From assembly GCF_009914755.1 (NCBI RefSeq), contig NC_060929.1: DNA of 64,000 nt; one strand, 5' to 3'. Position 1 is the first letter of the stretch, and each line of letters opens with the position of its first letter. The translations under genes and the position numbers were made by a program. The notes under the pieces are model-generated. The model ran no database searches, was not told the origin of the DNA, and worked only from the letters and a program-made list of their open reading frames with translations. The stretch comes from the human T2T-CHM13v2.0 reference genome, Homo sapiens. Of the stretch, positions 1-18,649 are shown piece after piece.

Positions 1-439
1 TAGTTCTTTTTAGTCTCTTTTAGTTCTCTTTTAGTTCTTTTTATTTTCAAACTTCTGACTCTGCAATGCTTCAAATTATCCCATTCATATCAATGATTAC
101 CTCCTTTTACTATCAATTTTTTAAAATCTCACGTTAGGAATAATTAGGTTTGAGAAAATGCACTATGACAAAGTGTGAAGTCAATGACTTGTTAAAATAA
201 AGTTGTGTTTTACTTAACACAATAGAAATTATGTTTGAAAAACAATAGCATGTAAATGGATGAGACCTATTTCATCAAAAGACAACGCTTACTGTGCTTA
301 GAAATTTCAGTCCCCCTGAGACTACTCTGTTCCCGTTTCTCAATCCCTGTCTAACAATTTCCCTTCTCACCTTTCTCTACCCTCATCAGTTCTCATCCCT
401 TCCCCACCCTGTATACCTTCACTTTCCTGAATGGGTTGT

Positions 440-575
440 GTGATTCAGTTCTCACAAAAGCCTCATGAAACAGGCGCCATTACTACTCTCCCGTTTTATA
501 GCTGACAAAGCTTAGAGAGTTAGGTATGTTGTCAAAGGTCACACTTGTAGTAAGTAAAGATAAGCAGAGCTGACT
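440..575 (-). mobile_element. MIR SINE fragment
   Basis: Resembles the MIR core (cccgttttatagctgacaaagcttagagagttagg...aaggtcacac...agcagagctga); boundaries approximate. Confidence 0.6.
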
Positions 576-1337
576 TCTCCATTAGGCACAGTGCCTATAG
601 CTCACAAAAAATATTTCAATTTATTTTAAAATCAGAAGAAAAAATGAAATTTTAGGTTAATAAAAAGTCTTATCATATAGTAATGTATCTTTCTAAGCCA
701 GCACAGTCACATAATACAATTATATACATATTTGTGGAAAATAACATAGACACAAACACTAAAGGGTTGCTAGTTTTATGTGGTTACTGTGTTGTACCCT
801 CAGATACAAGTTGACCAGTATCTCTACTTTTGTAAGCTTCAAAATGATTCCAGTGAATTCCCTGTATTAGGATATCACTTATTAGTAAAATAATAACAAC
901 TGTTATTTATCTGGGTGAATGTGGTATACAAATCGTTTGTTCAGATACATTGTCACATATTTCCATACCCTTTATAACATATTCTTTTTTCTGCCCTTGA
1001 GGATTTACATATGGTTGCTTCTCCTGCCCCCACCACCAAACATGTGATTTTTTGCTAAGCACATTTTCCCCTTCTTTCAGCCTCCTAGTATTACATTAAA
1101 TTTTCAGAGCTAACCACTAGTATGAATTGATCAAACAGCTGATTTTATACACTAGTTTTGTATTTGAACACATCTTTCAAATGATACCAAGAAATCATGC
1201 ATTTTTAAAGGGTTTTATGTAGGTGTCTTTCATAAGATATTGAATGTTGTGCTTTTGTTCCCAAATAAATAAATCAACTGGCTATTCAGACTAGTGGAAG
1301 AAAATGAAAAAATCTTTTGTTCCCAAGCAACACATAC

Positions 1338-1424
1338 CTGTTGGTATTCACCTTCCTGAGATCTGTTTCTAAGAGACCCTCGCTATTGAGATTGTTAGCA
1401 AGTTCTTGAATGACAAATTGTTTC
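1338..1424 (-). other. Candidate 87-nt internal exon (open frame KQFVIQELANNLNSEGLLETDLRKVNTN)
   Basis: Minus strand ATTACAG|GAAA...CAG|GTATGT; length divisible by 3 and one frame open; polypyrimidine tract weak; product not recognised. Confidence 0.25.
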
Positions 1425-2475
1425 CTGTAATATGATCATAATACACTGGGTGATGGGTTGATACAATATGGAATTTAATTAATAGGAAACATTTTTTTAA
1501 AATCCCCTTTTCTCTTAGGAGCTTTACAAAAGTGATGTCTTGAAAGGCAGAGCTGCCATGTATAACAATGACTTAATTCTACCTTCTGTTATCACGGTTT
1601 GAGGTGATTTCCCTTCTTTTCCCCTGCCTATTTCTTATCTCTCTACTAATATTATTTGTAGCAGTCGTGATTATAGAATCAGAGACTATATGAGATAAAA
1701 AGGACTATGAGAGGTCAAGAAGTGGAAATGCTTCATGCAAGCTCCCCTAAAAGATAACTATATCTTTAAATTTTATAAAAGAAAAAAGCCCATTTTCTCT
1801 ATTTGTTGTCCATTTATGATTTACAGGGAAGCTTTCATTTTTTGACCTGTTCTGCTATACTCTTTCTGATTCTTTCTCACTTTAATACCTAATATTGTCC
1901 CTCTTTATATTCGACCATGTTTAAACACTTTCCCTTAGCTTTCTTGTACAGTCTCTAAATATCTGGATAAGATAAATGCTACCAAGGTTTCCATTGGCTG
2001 TGAGACTTTAGGTAAGACTTGACACCAGTTGTTCTTGTTTTTCTTCCTTTTTCAAAACAAGGGCGGTTGCTATAGTTTGATTGGGCTGATAGCTAATGTC
2101 CTATTTTGGTATAAATGAAATCAGAGATAATAATGAAAATAATATTCACTTTCTGGAATGGTTACAGCATTAATAAATATGATTTATCAAGCACATAGAC
2201 CGATGGCTAGCAAGTTGTTTTATGCAATAGGTTATTACTTGTAAATTATTCACTTAATCCATGAAACAGTAACTTTAATGCATTGCAAATATGAGAAATA
2301 CTATTTGTTATGCACCTTAATCTCAGATATGGTTTGGAGATTTACACAAAATACTAGGGTTCCTTTGTTCAGGAATTGTGGATGATGCCAATTTAGCAAT
2401 TACTTTTCTCTAACGACACTTAAGTTTGGTGAAATTACTTTTTCTTAGGTTGCTGGCTGTTACTATTTTTATTCC

Positions 2476-2775
2476 TTTTTTTTTTTTTGAGACAGAGTCT
2501 CACTCTGTCACCCAGGCTGGAGTGCAGTAGCACGATATCGGCTCACTGCAAGCTCTGCCTCCAGGGTTCATGCCATTCTCCTGCCTCAGCCTCCCGAGTA
2601 GAGTAGCTGGGACTACAGGTGCCCGCCACCGTGCTCGGCTAATTTTTTGTATTTTTAGTAGAGACCAGTTTTCACCGTGTTTGCCAGGATGGTCTCGATC
2701 TCCTGACCTCACGATCCTCCCGCCTCGGCCTCCCAAAGTGCTGGGATTATAGGCGTGAGCCACCTCGCCTGGCCC
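2476..2775 (-). mobile_element. Alu (AluY-like), full length
   Basis: Reverse-complement Alu with poly(T) tail; 13-bp TSD actatttttattc at 2462-2474 and 2776-2788. Confidence 0.95.
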
Positions 2776-2827
2776 ACTATTTTTATTCTTTAACAAACTA
2801 CTATTAGAGGGTTTTTTGTTTCTTGGG

Positions 2828-3471
<644 letters not shown>

Positions 3472-4564
3472 TACAATGAGTGTTTGAGTGCTACCCAATG
3501 TATAACAGTATTTGAAGAATCAAATACATATTACTTCTTGGGAGTTGTGGAATATGTCTGTGAGAAGACCACATTAGCACCTACTTCTATCTATTTAGTC
3601 TGTGGTAAGCCAAGGTCTCAAAAAAGAAAAAAAAAATTGCATATTTAAGTAAACAACATTATGCAATGATTAAAATGGCATGTAAATTTCATACACAAAT
3701 AATGTTTTTCCCTACTACATTAAGTGTTCACATGGCTTAGATCAGGCCAGATGTTGCAAGATCTTAGAATGGTTGGGACTCAGCCCACAGTAGGGGTGAA
3801 AGAAATTCTTTAAACACTTTTCCAGAGATCAAAATTACTCCCTTCTCTTTCCTGTGTCAGCAATATATTATTAATGAAATTTTGCCTTCAATCCCTTTCT
3901 TGTTTTGTTTTCTAGCGTACTACTTTTCCTTTCTCCTGCTAATTTATGTACATCATATATCATCAAAAGTCACAGAAAATTTACAAGTTTCCCAATCTTA
4001 GCCATTAAATTATGAATCTGTTTTAAAGAAATAAACATAGGAAGAAACAAGTTTTGGAAGAAAATATTTTTAGGCAAACTGATCCTTTCTTGTCACCACT
4101 TACCTTATGATTTTAGTAATGCTTTACATTAGTGTCTGAAATTGACCAAGTGGCTTCAAAAATATGTCAACGTCACCTCTTTGGCCAGGAATCTAAGTAA
4201 ATGGTGAGAAGGGGCCATTAGCTCTTAGGGAGCTGTATAATCAGAAGAAAGCTGATTAGTATTTTAGATTTTCTTAGAGAATTTGAAAAAGAAAAACAGC
4301 ATATACGAAATGGTAGAAGGTAGAGTCAATGATCAGTGATGGCTAAACTGCATGATTTTAGAATTATTCACAGGAGAAGCTAGGGACACCACTGGATTTG
4401 TTGGAAAGACTATCACGACAAGATAAAGACAGGGAGTTGAGGGATACACAGAAAGGACATGAAGTAGGCAGAACAAATAAATTTCAATGTTCCAAGAGTC
4501 CAGCATTCAAGGTCTCTACCACTGACTGCAAGATAACTAGATTTTTATTCAATTTTTTTTCCAG

Positions 4565-4822
4565 GTCTTTCTGGCTGCCCTAGTTAATGATAAAGAGAAT
4601 GCCAAGTTTTACAAGAGATTCCCCTCAAGTGTCTAACCTGGAGGAGAATATAGGTACATTATACCTATTGATTCAGATTGGAATAAATAATCCAGAAAGC
4701 AGAGTGCATGCTTCCAACTCTTGCTTATCAGAGAAACAAACAGAATTCCTTGATTTTGCCTTTCTAAATATCTTCTCTTGATTTTCCTGAGGTTTTTGAG
4801 ATGTGATTAATTCGAAACACAG
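4565..4822 (+). other. Candidate exon of a plus-strand, probably non-coding transcript
   Basis: Strong acceptor tttttattcaattttttttccag|G at 4564 and consensus donor CAG|GTAAGT at 4822; unique sequence. Confidence 0.35.
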
Positions 4823-5644
4823 GTAAGTCACAGAAAAAGCTTTCTCTAGGAATTACAGTGATTTTGGAGTTACATTTGCATCCTTTTGTCTCTAAGAGTT
4901 TTTAGGCTTTCCACAGTTTTTATCTTTTGTTTTTTTTTCATGTCAGATCAAATCCTTTCTCTAAGTAATAACAAGTTTCATTAGTGAAAAATAGATCAGC
5001 TTAAAGTCATGCAAGTAAGTCTTAGTTAATGATTTTCCTTTTCAAGTAAAATACCATTTTGGTATTTATCTTATCAAAATGTAGTTGATATTTAAAGTAA
5101 ACATTTTATCATAGACCTAAAATTATTTTTAAAGGCTTTTAAAATTCTTTACATGTTAAATAGCTCAGTACTCATAGTACCTTATATATTTTCCTAGTGC
5201 TTTATTAAATGTTGCTAAACACTTTAATGCTCATTATCTTATTTGGTACTAACAACACACTTGAGTTAGTTGAGGTAAGCATTTGCCCATTTGAATGTAA
5301 TATTTATGCTATTTTATGGGTTAATTGACAATTTGCAAAGTGTACCATCTGTACAGCACTCGAATATGAAAACTCGGTGGGGTAGGGAAATGAAAGTAGG
5401 TAAGCAGTAGATATTTTTATTTCTAGCGGAGATATTAATAGCTAGTAGATTTTTTAAATGGCATATATAAAAATCATATTAAAAGGTCTTGTACAGTTTT
5501 TTTACTCCAACAAATCAAATTCTTTACTCAGCTTTAACATTAGATAGATCTAAATACAGTTAGAATGTGGTTATTAATTTTCAGGTTACTGACTGGTGCT
5601 TGGTGTTTTTCTATTCCTGCAGGATCAGTTAGGGTTTAGAACTT

Positions 5645-6119
5645 GCATATTTCCCAGGGCTCCCATAACAAAGTACCAAAAACTGGGTGATTAAAACAAT
5701 AGCTATTGATTGTCTCACAGTCCTGGAGGCTAGAAGTCTGAAATCAAGGTGTGAGCAGGGCCGTGCTCTCTTTTAACGGTGATGGAGGATAATCATTTCT
5801 TGCCTCTTCCAGCTTCTGGTGTTTGCCAGCAATCCTTGCCTTACAGAAGCATCACTCGTGTTACATGCCATCTTTTCCCTACGTCTTCACATTGTTTTCA
5901 CTCTGTGCATGCTGCCTTTGTGTCCAAATTTTTCCTGTCGTATAAAACTAGAAATATTGGATTAGGGTCCACCTGAATGTCCTCATTTTAACTTAATTAC
6001 CTCTGTTAAGGGTAAGAGTCTTTCAAAAGACTCTATTTCCGAAGTAGATCACACTCTGAGGCACTGCAGGCTTGGACTTAAACAGATCTCTTCGGAGGGA
6101 CATAATTCAATCCATAACA
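5645..6119 (-). mobile_element. MLT1-family MaLR solo LTR
   Basis: Typical MLT1 motifs ccataacaaagtacca...ctcacagtcctggaggctagaagtctgaaatcaaggtg and the ending ataattcaatccataaca. Confidence 0.85.
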
Positions 6120-6199
6120 AGATTCAGTTATTTTCAGATAGAAAGGGCTAACCTAATATTTGTCAACTCTATATGTCTCGAGCACTTCACAGTTAAGCA

Positions 6200-6280
6200 C
6201 ATGTATGTATGTGTGTGTATATGTACATATATATATGTACATATATATATGTACATATATATATGTACATATATATGTAT
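6200..6280. repeat. AT-rich self-complementary tandem repeat, 14-bp unit GTACATATATATAT x4
   Basis: GTAC at 6223, 6237, 6251 and 6265, separated by (AT)5. Confidence 0.95.
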
Positions 6281-6699
6281 CACGTTCTGTTTTCTAAGGT
6301 AGTTATTTGAGGACATTTGAGCTCTTCCACTAGATTTGATGGTCCCTCAACAAAGTAACTGTGGCTTGTTCATCATTGTACTCCCTCAAATCACTACTTC
6401 TGAGCCTTCAAAATAGTAGGAAAACAATAAATGTTGAAGTTGTATTAGATTAAGAAATAAGCTATAAAGCATATTTGGCCTGTTGTACTTAAACAGGGAG
6501 AATAATTACATGAAAAAAAACCTTCAAATGGCCAGCTTTATGTATATATAAGTGTATATATTTATACAATATATATAATTGAAAAGGAGAGATTTGCTCT
6601 TACTAAAAAAATGCTTAAAAAGAAATAATGACTACAATTCAATAGTAATAGTAACCATATTAATACTACTAGTGAAGACAACAGCTGACATTTCTGATG

Positions 6700-6890
6700 A
6701 TATATCAGGCCCTGGGCCTGGGAGCTCTCATACATCACCTTATTTAATCTTTAGGACAACTTTTTTGAGAATGTTGAAGAGGTACGGAAATGGAGGTACA
6801 GAGATTTTAAGTGAAATTTCCAATATCACCTAGTTAATAAATGGCAAAGCTAAAAATCAAACACGTGTGTTTAACTATTACACTGATATG
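6700..6890 (-). mobile_element. MIR SINE fragment
   Basis: atttaatct...aaatggaggtacagaga...aagtgaaatttccaatatcacctagttaataaatggcaaagc resembles MIR. Confidence 0.6.
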
Positions 6891-8346
6891 TATGTCAGTT
6901 GGGTGTGTTATTGTAAAATGTTAAAGAATCCATAAGTATAGTCTGTTCACAACATTATTAAATAACATACATTTAGCTATACATCAAAGGCCATACAGGT
7001 AGAAATATACTTTGTATCATTCTAAAAAACAATTTTAAGTAGTTAATTTAAAAATAGCATTAAGCAATGCAAGAAAGCTAAACTAAAAGTAATATTAATT
7101 TAGTTAACTGTACAAATTAGTGTCCAAACCTATCTAAACTTATGTAATTACAAATCCCTGAAAACTGAAAATTATAATAAAAATGCTAATACGTGTTTAA
7201 TAGGGCCAATGATAAAAATTATAGAATTAATTTATGAATCAGTTATATAATGAAAATGCCATCCAACTCCTAAAATTGTGTGGGTTATGTAATATAATTA
7301 AAATATCACTTGTCCTTGAATGTAGTATAAATTCTTAGCAGCTATTTCTATAAGATGCTATGGGAACAACCTTACAATAACAACAGAGGCTGCAGAGTTC
7401 CATATTTTACTGGTATATTGCTAAATTTTTCTAGTAATATTTAGGTGATAGAATGATAATATGCCAAAACATTGAGGAGTCAACATAGTACTGAGATTGG
7501 AAACATTAACTGTGTTAGCAGGTTTACTTTAAATAACTCCTGTATTTGACTATACATTTTAAGTTGAGCTTGCTATAATTCGAATCGTATTTGATAAAAT
7601 TCACTGAAGTAAGGACATATTAAAAGCTATAACCATGAATCTTAGTATTTACCTTAGCACAAAATATCACATAAACTACCACTACAAGTGAAATTTTCCC
7701 CATTCATGTCACAGGAAACAGTATGAGTTTAGAAAATATTTGCAGAATAATAACCAATATTTTACTTTACTGCATAGTAGATTTTAAAAATTGATGGAGA
7801 AAAACATAAAATTGTAAATTAAGAGTAACAATTGAATGTCCATATTTAAATAAATTATTTTGTAAGCTTTAGGGAAGATCAACATGCAAAATCTTTCAAA
7901 TAACTAGATTGAGGTGGGGATGAAAGAAAGAGGAAAAGGAAATTGTAAGTAATGCAATATTTACTGAAGGCTTACTCTTTAAGTTAGACTTGAAGACCAT
8001 GAGGAAATGTTGAAAAAGACAAGATCCCAGTTTTCCAGGGAGTGACATATTAGTGACGAAGATAGAGAATTATAATGAAGTCAAATAGATAAGCCATATG
8101 CTTAGGCATCGTGGTTGTCACAAAGAAAATCAATAAAGAAGGTAATAAAAAATAACTTGAGAAGAACAGTCAGTAAAAGCTTCTCTGAGGAGGTAACATT
8201 TGTATGGAGACCTAAAGTGTAAGGCACAAACTAAGAGGTGTTTAGACAAAGCGAAAAAGAGAAAAGACTAAAGTTAAAAATCAAAGAAGTACTCCAAGAA
8301 TCAAAGGCATTGCAGATTTGTCTTCACCTGGATCCAGTAGCTTAGG

Positions 8347-8351
<5 letters not shown>

Positions 8352-8378
<27 letters not shown>

Positions 8379-8663
8379 GAGACGGAGTCTCTCACTGTCT
8401 CACCAGGCTGGAGTGCTGTGGCGAGATCTCGGCTCACTGCAACCTCTAACTCACTGGTTCAAGCGATTCTCCTGCCCCAGCCTCCCTAATAGCTGGGATT
8501 ACAGGTATGCGCCACCACACCCAGCTAATTTTTGTATTTTTATTTTTAGTAGAGACAGTGTTTCACCATGTTGGCCAGGATGGTCTCAGTCTCCTGACCT
8601 CGTGATCTGCCTGCCTCAGCCTCCCAAAATGCTGGGATTACAGGTGAGCAACCACGCCCGGCT
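8352..8663 (-). mobile_element. Alu (AluSc-like)
   Basis: Poly(T) plus full reverse Alu body with cctcgtgatc. Confidence 0.95.
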
Positions 8664-9884
8664 GGTTGTGTGTCTTCAACCGTATCATGCCTCTGCTGTT
8701 TTGAGCTATGCTTGAAAATGTAGTTGATCAGGGAGCAAAGAAAACATGAGAAGTAGATAGCAGTAGGGGGAGACAAGAACGGAAGAACCTGAATTCTGAC
8801 AAGATCCAGCCAACCTGAATGAAGACCAAAGACTGAAAGAAGAAAAACAAAAGAAATGGGGAAAAAAGAACAAGGTCTCTAAGTTCAGAAGAACTGCAGA
8901 GGAGCCAAGTTTGTCAGAAAACTACAGGCAACCCCATGTGAAACGGCTCCTGGGGTTTACACGGAACATGCAATTTCTAAAGACAGTTTGAGCCTGCACT
9001 TAAAGCAGACAGGGAAATGAAATAAGAGAAGGCGCAGCAAGTTCCAGGCAATGTTATGCAGATAGAACTGGAGATAAGAGGTGGTTTAAGGAGCATTCTC
9101 ACTATTTCATTTGGAATGGCAAGTGGAAAAAAAAAAAAGGATTATCTGCCTCCTGCTCAGGCTAAGGCAAAAATCACAAAAACAAGATATCATCTAACAG
9201 TGGGTGCCTTAAGGAGAAGGGGAAAAAACCTGCCTCTCGCATGCAGCATGCAGCATAATCACTCAAGAGGTATAGAACAAAGATTAGGTTATCTAAATGT
9301 ATGATAAATTACATACACAGAGCACGTATATTTTAGTACAACTTTCTTAACCCCATTATATGTACACAATTTTGAGATTTACCTATCAGCATTAGTTGTT
9401 ACTGATTACAGTGGGTAATCTTGATAGAATTACTTAGCAGTGGTGTTGAAATACTGTGAATTTCCAGGAAAAAAAAAAAATTGGGTTTGACTGAATAGAT
9501 TCATGCTACGTTTTCAAGAATGGTTGTACAACATTTGAGAGTTAGACTGTATTTTAAGAGGTGAAAAATGGGTTTGAAACCTAATCTAGATGCCTTCTAC
9601 TCATAGACTGTTTACTCAGTTCTCTCCTAAAATTGTGAATTGCACAGGGCTCCCATCCAAGAGGCAAAGGGGCTTCTTGGGCTTAAGCCACAGGGAGGAA
9701 AGGGAAGAACATCCTTTGTTCAGAATGTTTTACTCTCCTCCTAGCACTTGCAAACATTGTGAAGTCCATGGTTACCATACGTGTGGTTAGAATTCATATA
9801 CTGCCGGGAACATACAAGTGAACTATTCTGGTAGAACAAATTAGAGGATTATGCTTGATTAACTATCTAAAATTCATTTTATCA

Positions 9885-13190
<3,306 letters not shown>

Positions 13191-14384
13191 AATGACAACA
13201 AATTGTTTCTTTACAAATTTGCTTTACATAACTTCAGTTTCTATCTAAAACATAATCTCTGTTAGAGTTTAATAAAAGCTTTCCTTTAAAAAAAGATCTA
13301 ACACTAAAAAGAACTAAAGTGATTTAAAACAATTTACTTTCTAAAATTCTGTTTCTAAAAAATAGAAAATAGGTGTTTGCTTTTAACATTCTTAGATAAT
13401 AGAACATAGTATTAAAAACATTCTTAAGCTGCTTATTTTCTGTCTTGTACTTTTTCGTCAGTGCATATCTTTCCTTATAATAAATCACTTGGGACTATTT
13501 AGTGTTCGATGATTTATTTTTTTAAAATCTTTTATCTAAGTTGCTTTCTGGTCTAAACTGACACTATTGACTGGAGTGGGAGTAGGTCTGATAAGATTGC
13601 TCTAAAGATGTAGCCAAATAAATCACATAGACTCAAGGATTTAGTTCTGACCTGCTCAATGTGCTTTGCCTTTAGAAAAAAAAAAACCTAACACAAATAA
13701 CTTGTTTTCATCCAGAAAATATGAGCTAGAAACTTATTTTAAAAACCACATCTGCTAAACTTGTGTGCCTAAAGTAAATAAATTTTATTTTAGATTTTTG
13801 GGAGAAGATTATGTATTTTTAAAATATCCACAAAAGTACTCATGCTGACATTCAGATTTTATATACACTGACTACCATTTATTTTAATCAAGGAGTGGCC
13901 TCCACTATGTCAATCTTGGCTGTCATGAAGCAGAAAAAGAAGTACTGCCTGAACAGACTCTAGAGCAATTCTATAATGACACTTAATTCAGTAAAGGACA
14001 ACTGATAATTATATAATACATGGGTGGGACAATCCACTTGAAAATAAGTTTAGTATAAATCAATGTAAGTATTGAAGAGAAAGATCTTTCATTTTCTACA
14101 AGATAGTCAAAACTATCTTGTTTAAAAATGTAGCTTCTTTTTTAATGTGGTATGCACATAGACAAAACTTGGTCTATACTAAGAAAGTGAGGTTAAGAAT
14201 ATTTTCCGAATTCCAATTTAAAGAAGAAACAACCAAAAATAAAAATGACATAGTTTAACAATAAAAGAGGTCCACATTCTTACGAATATATTGTTCAGAA
14301 TTCCCAGTACTGGTTGTCAGTTACATGTAGGTGTTGAAAGCATGGAGCTGCTAAACTCCTTAGCAGAATATATGATTTATCATC

Positions 14385-14387
<3 letters not shown>

Positions 14388-14468
<81 letters not shown>
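14388..14468. repeat. Compound microsatellite (CA)~26(GA)~14
   Basis: Directly visible. Confidence 0.98.
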
Positions 14469-14471
<3 letters not shown>

Positions 14472-16661
14472 TCCCCAAACTATTTTAGACATCAGTTAGA
14501 AGATACCCAGCGATTTTTTTCCACGCAATATTCAAAACATTTACCACCTGTACCCCATTCATTTAGCAAGTTAACTTTATGTCTCTTATTCTTAAATAAA
14601 TTATAAGATCAGGAATTATTCTTAGATTTTGTATTCCCACAGAGATGAGTACCCCGTACTTTGACAGCTCTTAATAATTGTTACATACACCTAAGAGAGA
14701 AACCTGTGTCTAAATTGTAGAGGCTCAGAAACAGTAAGACTTTTATACTGTAAGGTTTTTATACCATGAAACCTCAGAATAATTATTACTGATGAGTTTA
14801 TTTCTAATAATAAAGTATATACTTCATATTGAGAGAAAAATAATATTTGACAATAGACTGAATAGATAAGAAAGTTTAACTCTTTGGTTCTAGACAATAA
14901 AATCTTGCTCTAAATTCTATTTTAAAACTATGAGGTCTTAAAGACAAAAATTGTTTTGCTATGAGGTTTTTCAACTACATTGTCCTGAAATCATTTGGAG
15001 AAGGTTTATTATGTTTATTATAAAATTTTTATTTTGCCTCGTTATTCTTATTCCTGCTGATTCTCTGTGTAGACTATGAAGACCAAAATGAACAATCTAT
15101 TTCAATTAGCTTTAGAAATAGAAAAAAAAATGCGAAAGGATGAAGGATAAGAGTCTTTGCTGTATTCTCTGTTGCACTGTCAGAAAATGTCTCAGAGACA
15201 ACAGAAAGAGGCCAGAAGTACTTGTGGTCTTTGGCATAAGGCAGACTAGGGATCCATTCTACCTCCACCATTTTCTAGCTAATAAGGAAGTGCTTAGAAA
15301 GTCATTAACTGCACCTCAAATATTAAGTACACAGTCAGTTTAGATACTAATGTTTTTGATTTCTGATACAATATACAAAATGCCTTTGTTTTTTGATAAC
15401 TGTTCTCTATATCAGGATGTGTCAGAAGCGTTTGTTTTTTATTGTTAGGATAACAAAATTCTATGTAATTATCATAGAAGCACTACTGAAACCACTTCAA
15501 ACTCTGCTTCTCAAAAATTCTCCTCTGGTCCCATCTCCCTCAACAAGCGTCGTGGCCAGTATGACATCAGCCCAGCTCTGCAATTCCTGCCACTGGTAGT
15601 CTACTATTTGGAGCAGACTTCCAGCACCCTTTATTTCATTAACTCTCATTGAATCTCAGCAAAAAAAAAATTATCTTCTTCTTTGCTTATATATTTTAAC
15701 TCTTCTCTGCTAGGCAGTTTAACTTTGTAACTTAACATTCTAATTTGCTTTAGCCTTCAGGTTTTCTAATACCATTATAAATATCCTATTAATTTTATCC
15801 CTCAGATCATATCCCTCAGATATGTTTAATATAGGTATAAGAAATTTGCCTTACTCTATTTGCCTCAATGACTTTTCAACAAATTTTACTTCATAATGCA
15901 ACTCAGCTCAATCAACACTTTTAGGATAGCTGAAAATATTTGCAAAATATTAAAGACAACATTAAGACATTTGTTTTAGAGAATGTAACAAAGAAGATAG
16001 AGATGTGAAACTAAGATAAAGTGTAAAAAGAATTAGTTTCAAAATTATATTTGGAAGGGAAACTAATAAGCTGGCTAATCACTTACCTGACAACCACTTA
16101 TAAGATTCTGCTCTGTTCAAGTCGCTGTATTAAAAAAAAGAGGGTTGAAGTCTCCAAGAATTGTATAATCTACTAATATATGTAAATGGAATATGATTTA
16201 TAAGGTATAATAATTTCTAAGAAGAATAAAAGTAGAAGTCTCATGCCTCCTGATTTCACAACTTGCGACAAAACTACAGGAATCAAAACTGGGGTAATGG
16301 CGTAATGATAGATACACAGAACAATGGTATCAAATAGCTCAGAAGTAAACTCACATATACAATCAAATGATTTTCAACAAGTTTGTCAAGACCATTCAAT
16401 GGGAAAATGAGTCTTTTCAACAAACTGTGCTGGGAAAAGTAGATAGCTTCATGTGAAAAAAAAAAGTTGGACCTTTGCCTTATACCGTATATAAAAATTA
16501 ATTCAAATGGATCAGATATCTAAATATGAGCCAAAACTACAAAAATCTTAGGAGAAAACATAAGGGAAAAACTTTGTCATTAGACTTGAAAGTGACATCT
16601 TTGATGTGAAACCAGAAGCACAGGCAAGAAGGAAGTAAAAAAATTTTGGACATTAGACATT

Positions 16662-17050
16662 TGGTAATAGTTTGGGTATTTGTTCCCACCCAAATCTCAT
16701 GTTGAATTGTAATGCCCAATGCTGGAGGTGGGGCCTGGTGGGGGGTGTTTGAATCATGGGAGTGGATCCTTCATGGCTTCTTCGAGATAGTAACTTTTCA
16801 CATAATCTGCTTGTTTAAAAGTGTGGCACTGCTCTACCTCAGTCTCTCCTGCTTGTTCCTGCTTTTGCCATGTGATGTACCTGTTCCCCCTTCACTCTCT
16901 GCCATGATTGTAAGCTTCTCTGCTGTGATTGTAAGCTTCCTGAGGCCTAGAAGCCGAGCAAATGCCAGCACCATGCCTCCTATAAAGCCAGCAGAACTGT
17001 GAGCCACCTAAACCTCATTTTTTAATAAATTACCCAGTCTCAGGTATTCT
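16662..17050 (+). mobile_element. MST (MSTA/MSTB-like) MaLR LTR
   Basis: cccacccaaatctcatgttgaattgtaa...gccatgattgtaagcttc...aataaattacccagtctcaggtat; probable terminal bases near 17528-17537. Confidence 0.9.
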
Positions 17051-17512
<462 letters not shown>

Positions 17513-18649
17513 CATCTATGTGATAGTGACCTAATGCATGTCTCCGGACAAGATGTGCCAATGGTCAATAAACACACAAAACATACTCAACATCACTAAT
17601 AGAGAAAGACAGTTAAAAACGTGAGATAACCTCACACATGTAGACAGCAATTATCAAAAAATAAGAGACAAGTATTGGTGAAGATGTAAAGGGAACCCTT
17701 GTACAGTGTTGATGAGACTGTAAATTAGTACAGCCTATGAAAAATCAGTAGGGAGATGTCTCAAAAAATTAAAAATAGAGCTTCCATGTGATCCAGCAAC
17801 CCAGCTACTGGTTATATATCCAAAGAAAATGAAGTCAGTGTATCAAAAATATATCTACACTTTCATATTTGCTTCAGCATTATTCACAGTAGCCACCCTA
17901 TGTAATTAGCCTAAGTGTCTATCAAAGGATAAATGGATAAAGAAAATGTAGTATATATACACAATGTAGTACTATTCAGCCTTGAAAAATGATGAAATCC
18001 TATCATTTGCAACAATGTGGTTGAAACTGGAGGGCATTATGCTAAGTGAAATAAGCCAGGCACCAGAAGACAAATACTGCATGATCTCATTTATATGTGG
18101 AATCTTAAAAAGTCAAACTCACGGAAGCAGAGAAGAGAATGGTGGTTACCTGGGACTGAGGATGGGAAGAGAACTGGGGAAATGTTGGTCAAAGAATACA
18201 AAATTTCAGTTAGGAATAAGTTCAAGAAATATATTGTATTACATGTTGAGCATAGATAATAACAATGTATTATATGCCAGAAAATTACTAAATGAATAGA
18301 CTTCAAGTGAAAAAAAGTATATGAGGTGTAATGCATGTGTTAACTAACTTGATTTAGCCATTCCACAAAGTATAGGTATATCAAAAAGTTGTACACTATA
18401 AACATACAATTCTTGTCATTAAAATCATCTACTTAATAATACAGAAACAACTGAATTCGACAAGGTTCGAGTGCAGAGAGCAGACATCCATTTCCTATAC
18501 TGAGGATTTCTTCAATGAGAAACAGTCCTATTTTGTGTTGGCTTCCAATTTCTAACGATGACACATTACCATATCATAAAGGGTAGGCAAAAGTATAAAC
18601 AGTCAATCCAAAATTTCAGACTTCAAAAAAATTCTAAAACATATTATGA

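Noticed and set aside
1-45. Degenerate 10-11 bp repeat (tagttctttt)
   Set aside because: Short low-complexity repeat cut by the window edge; no interpretable function.
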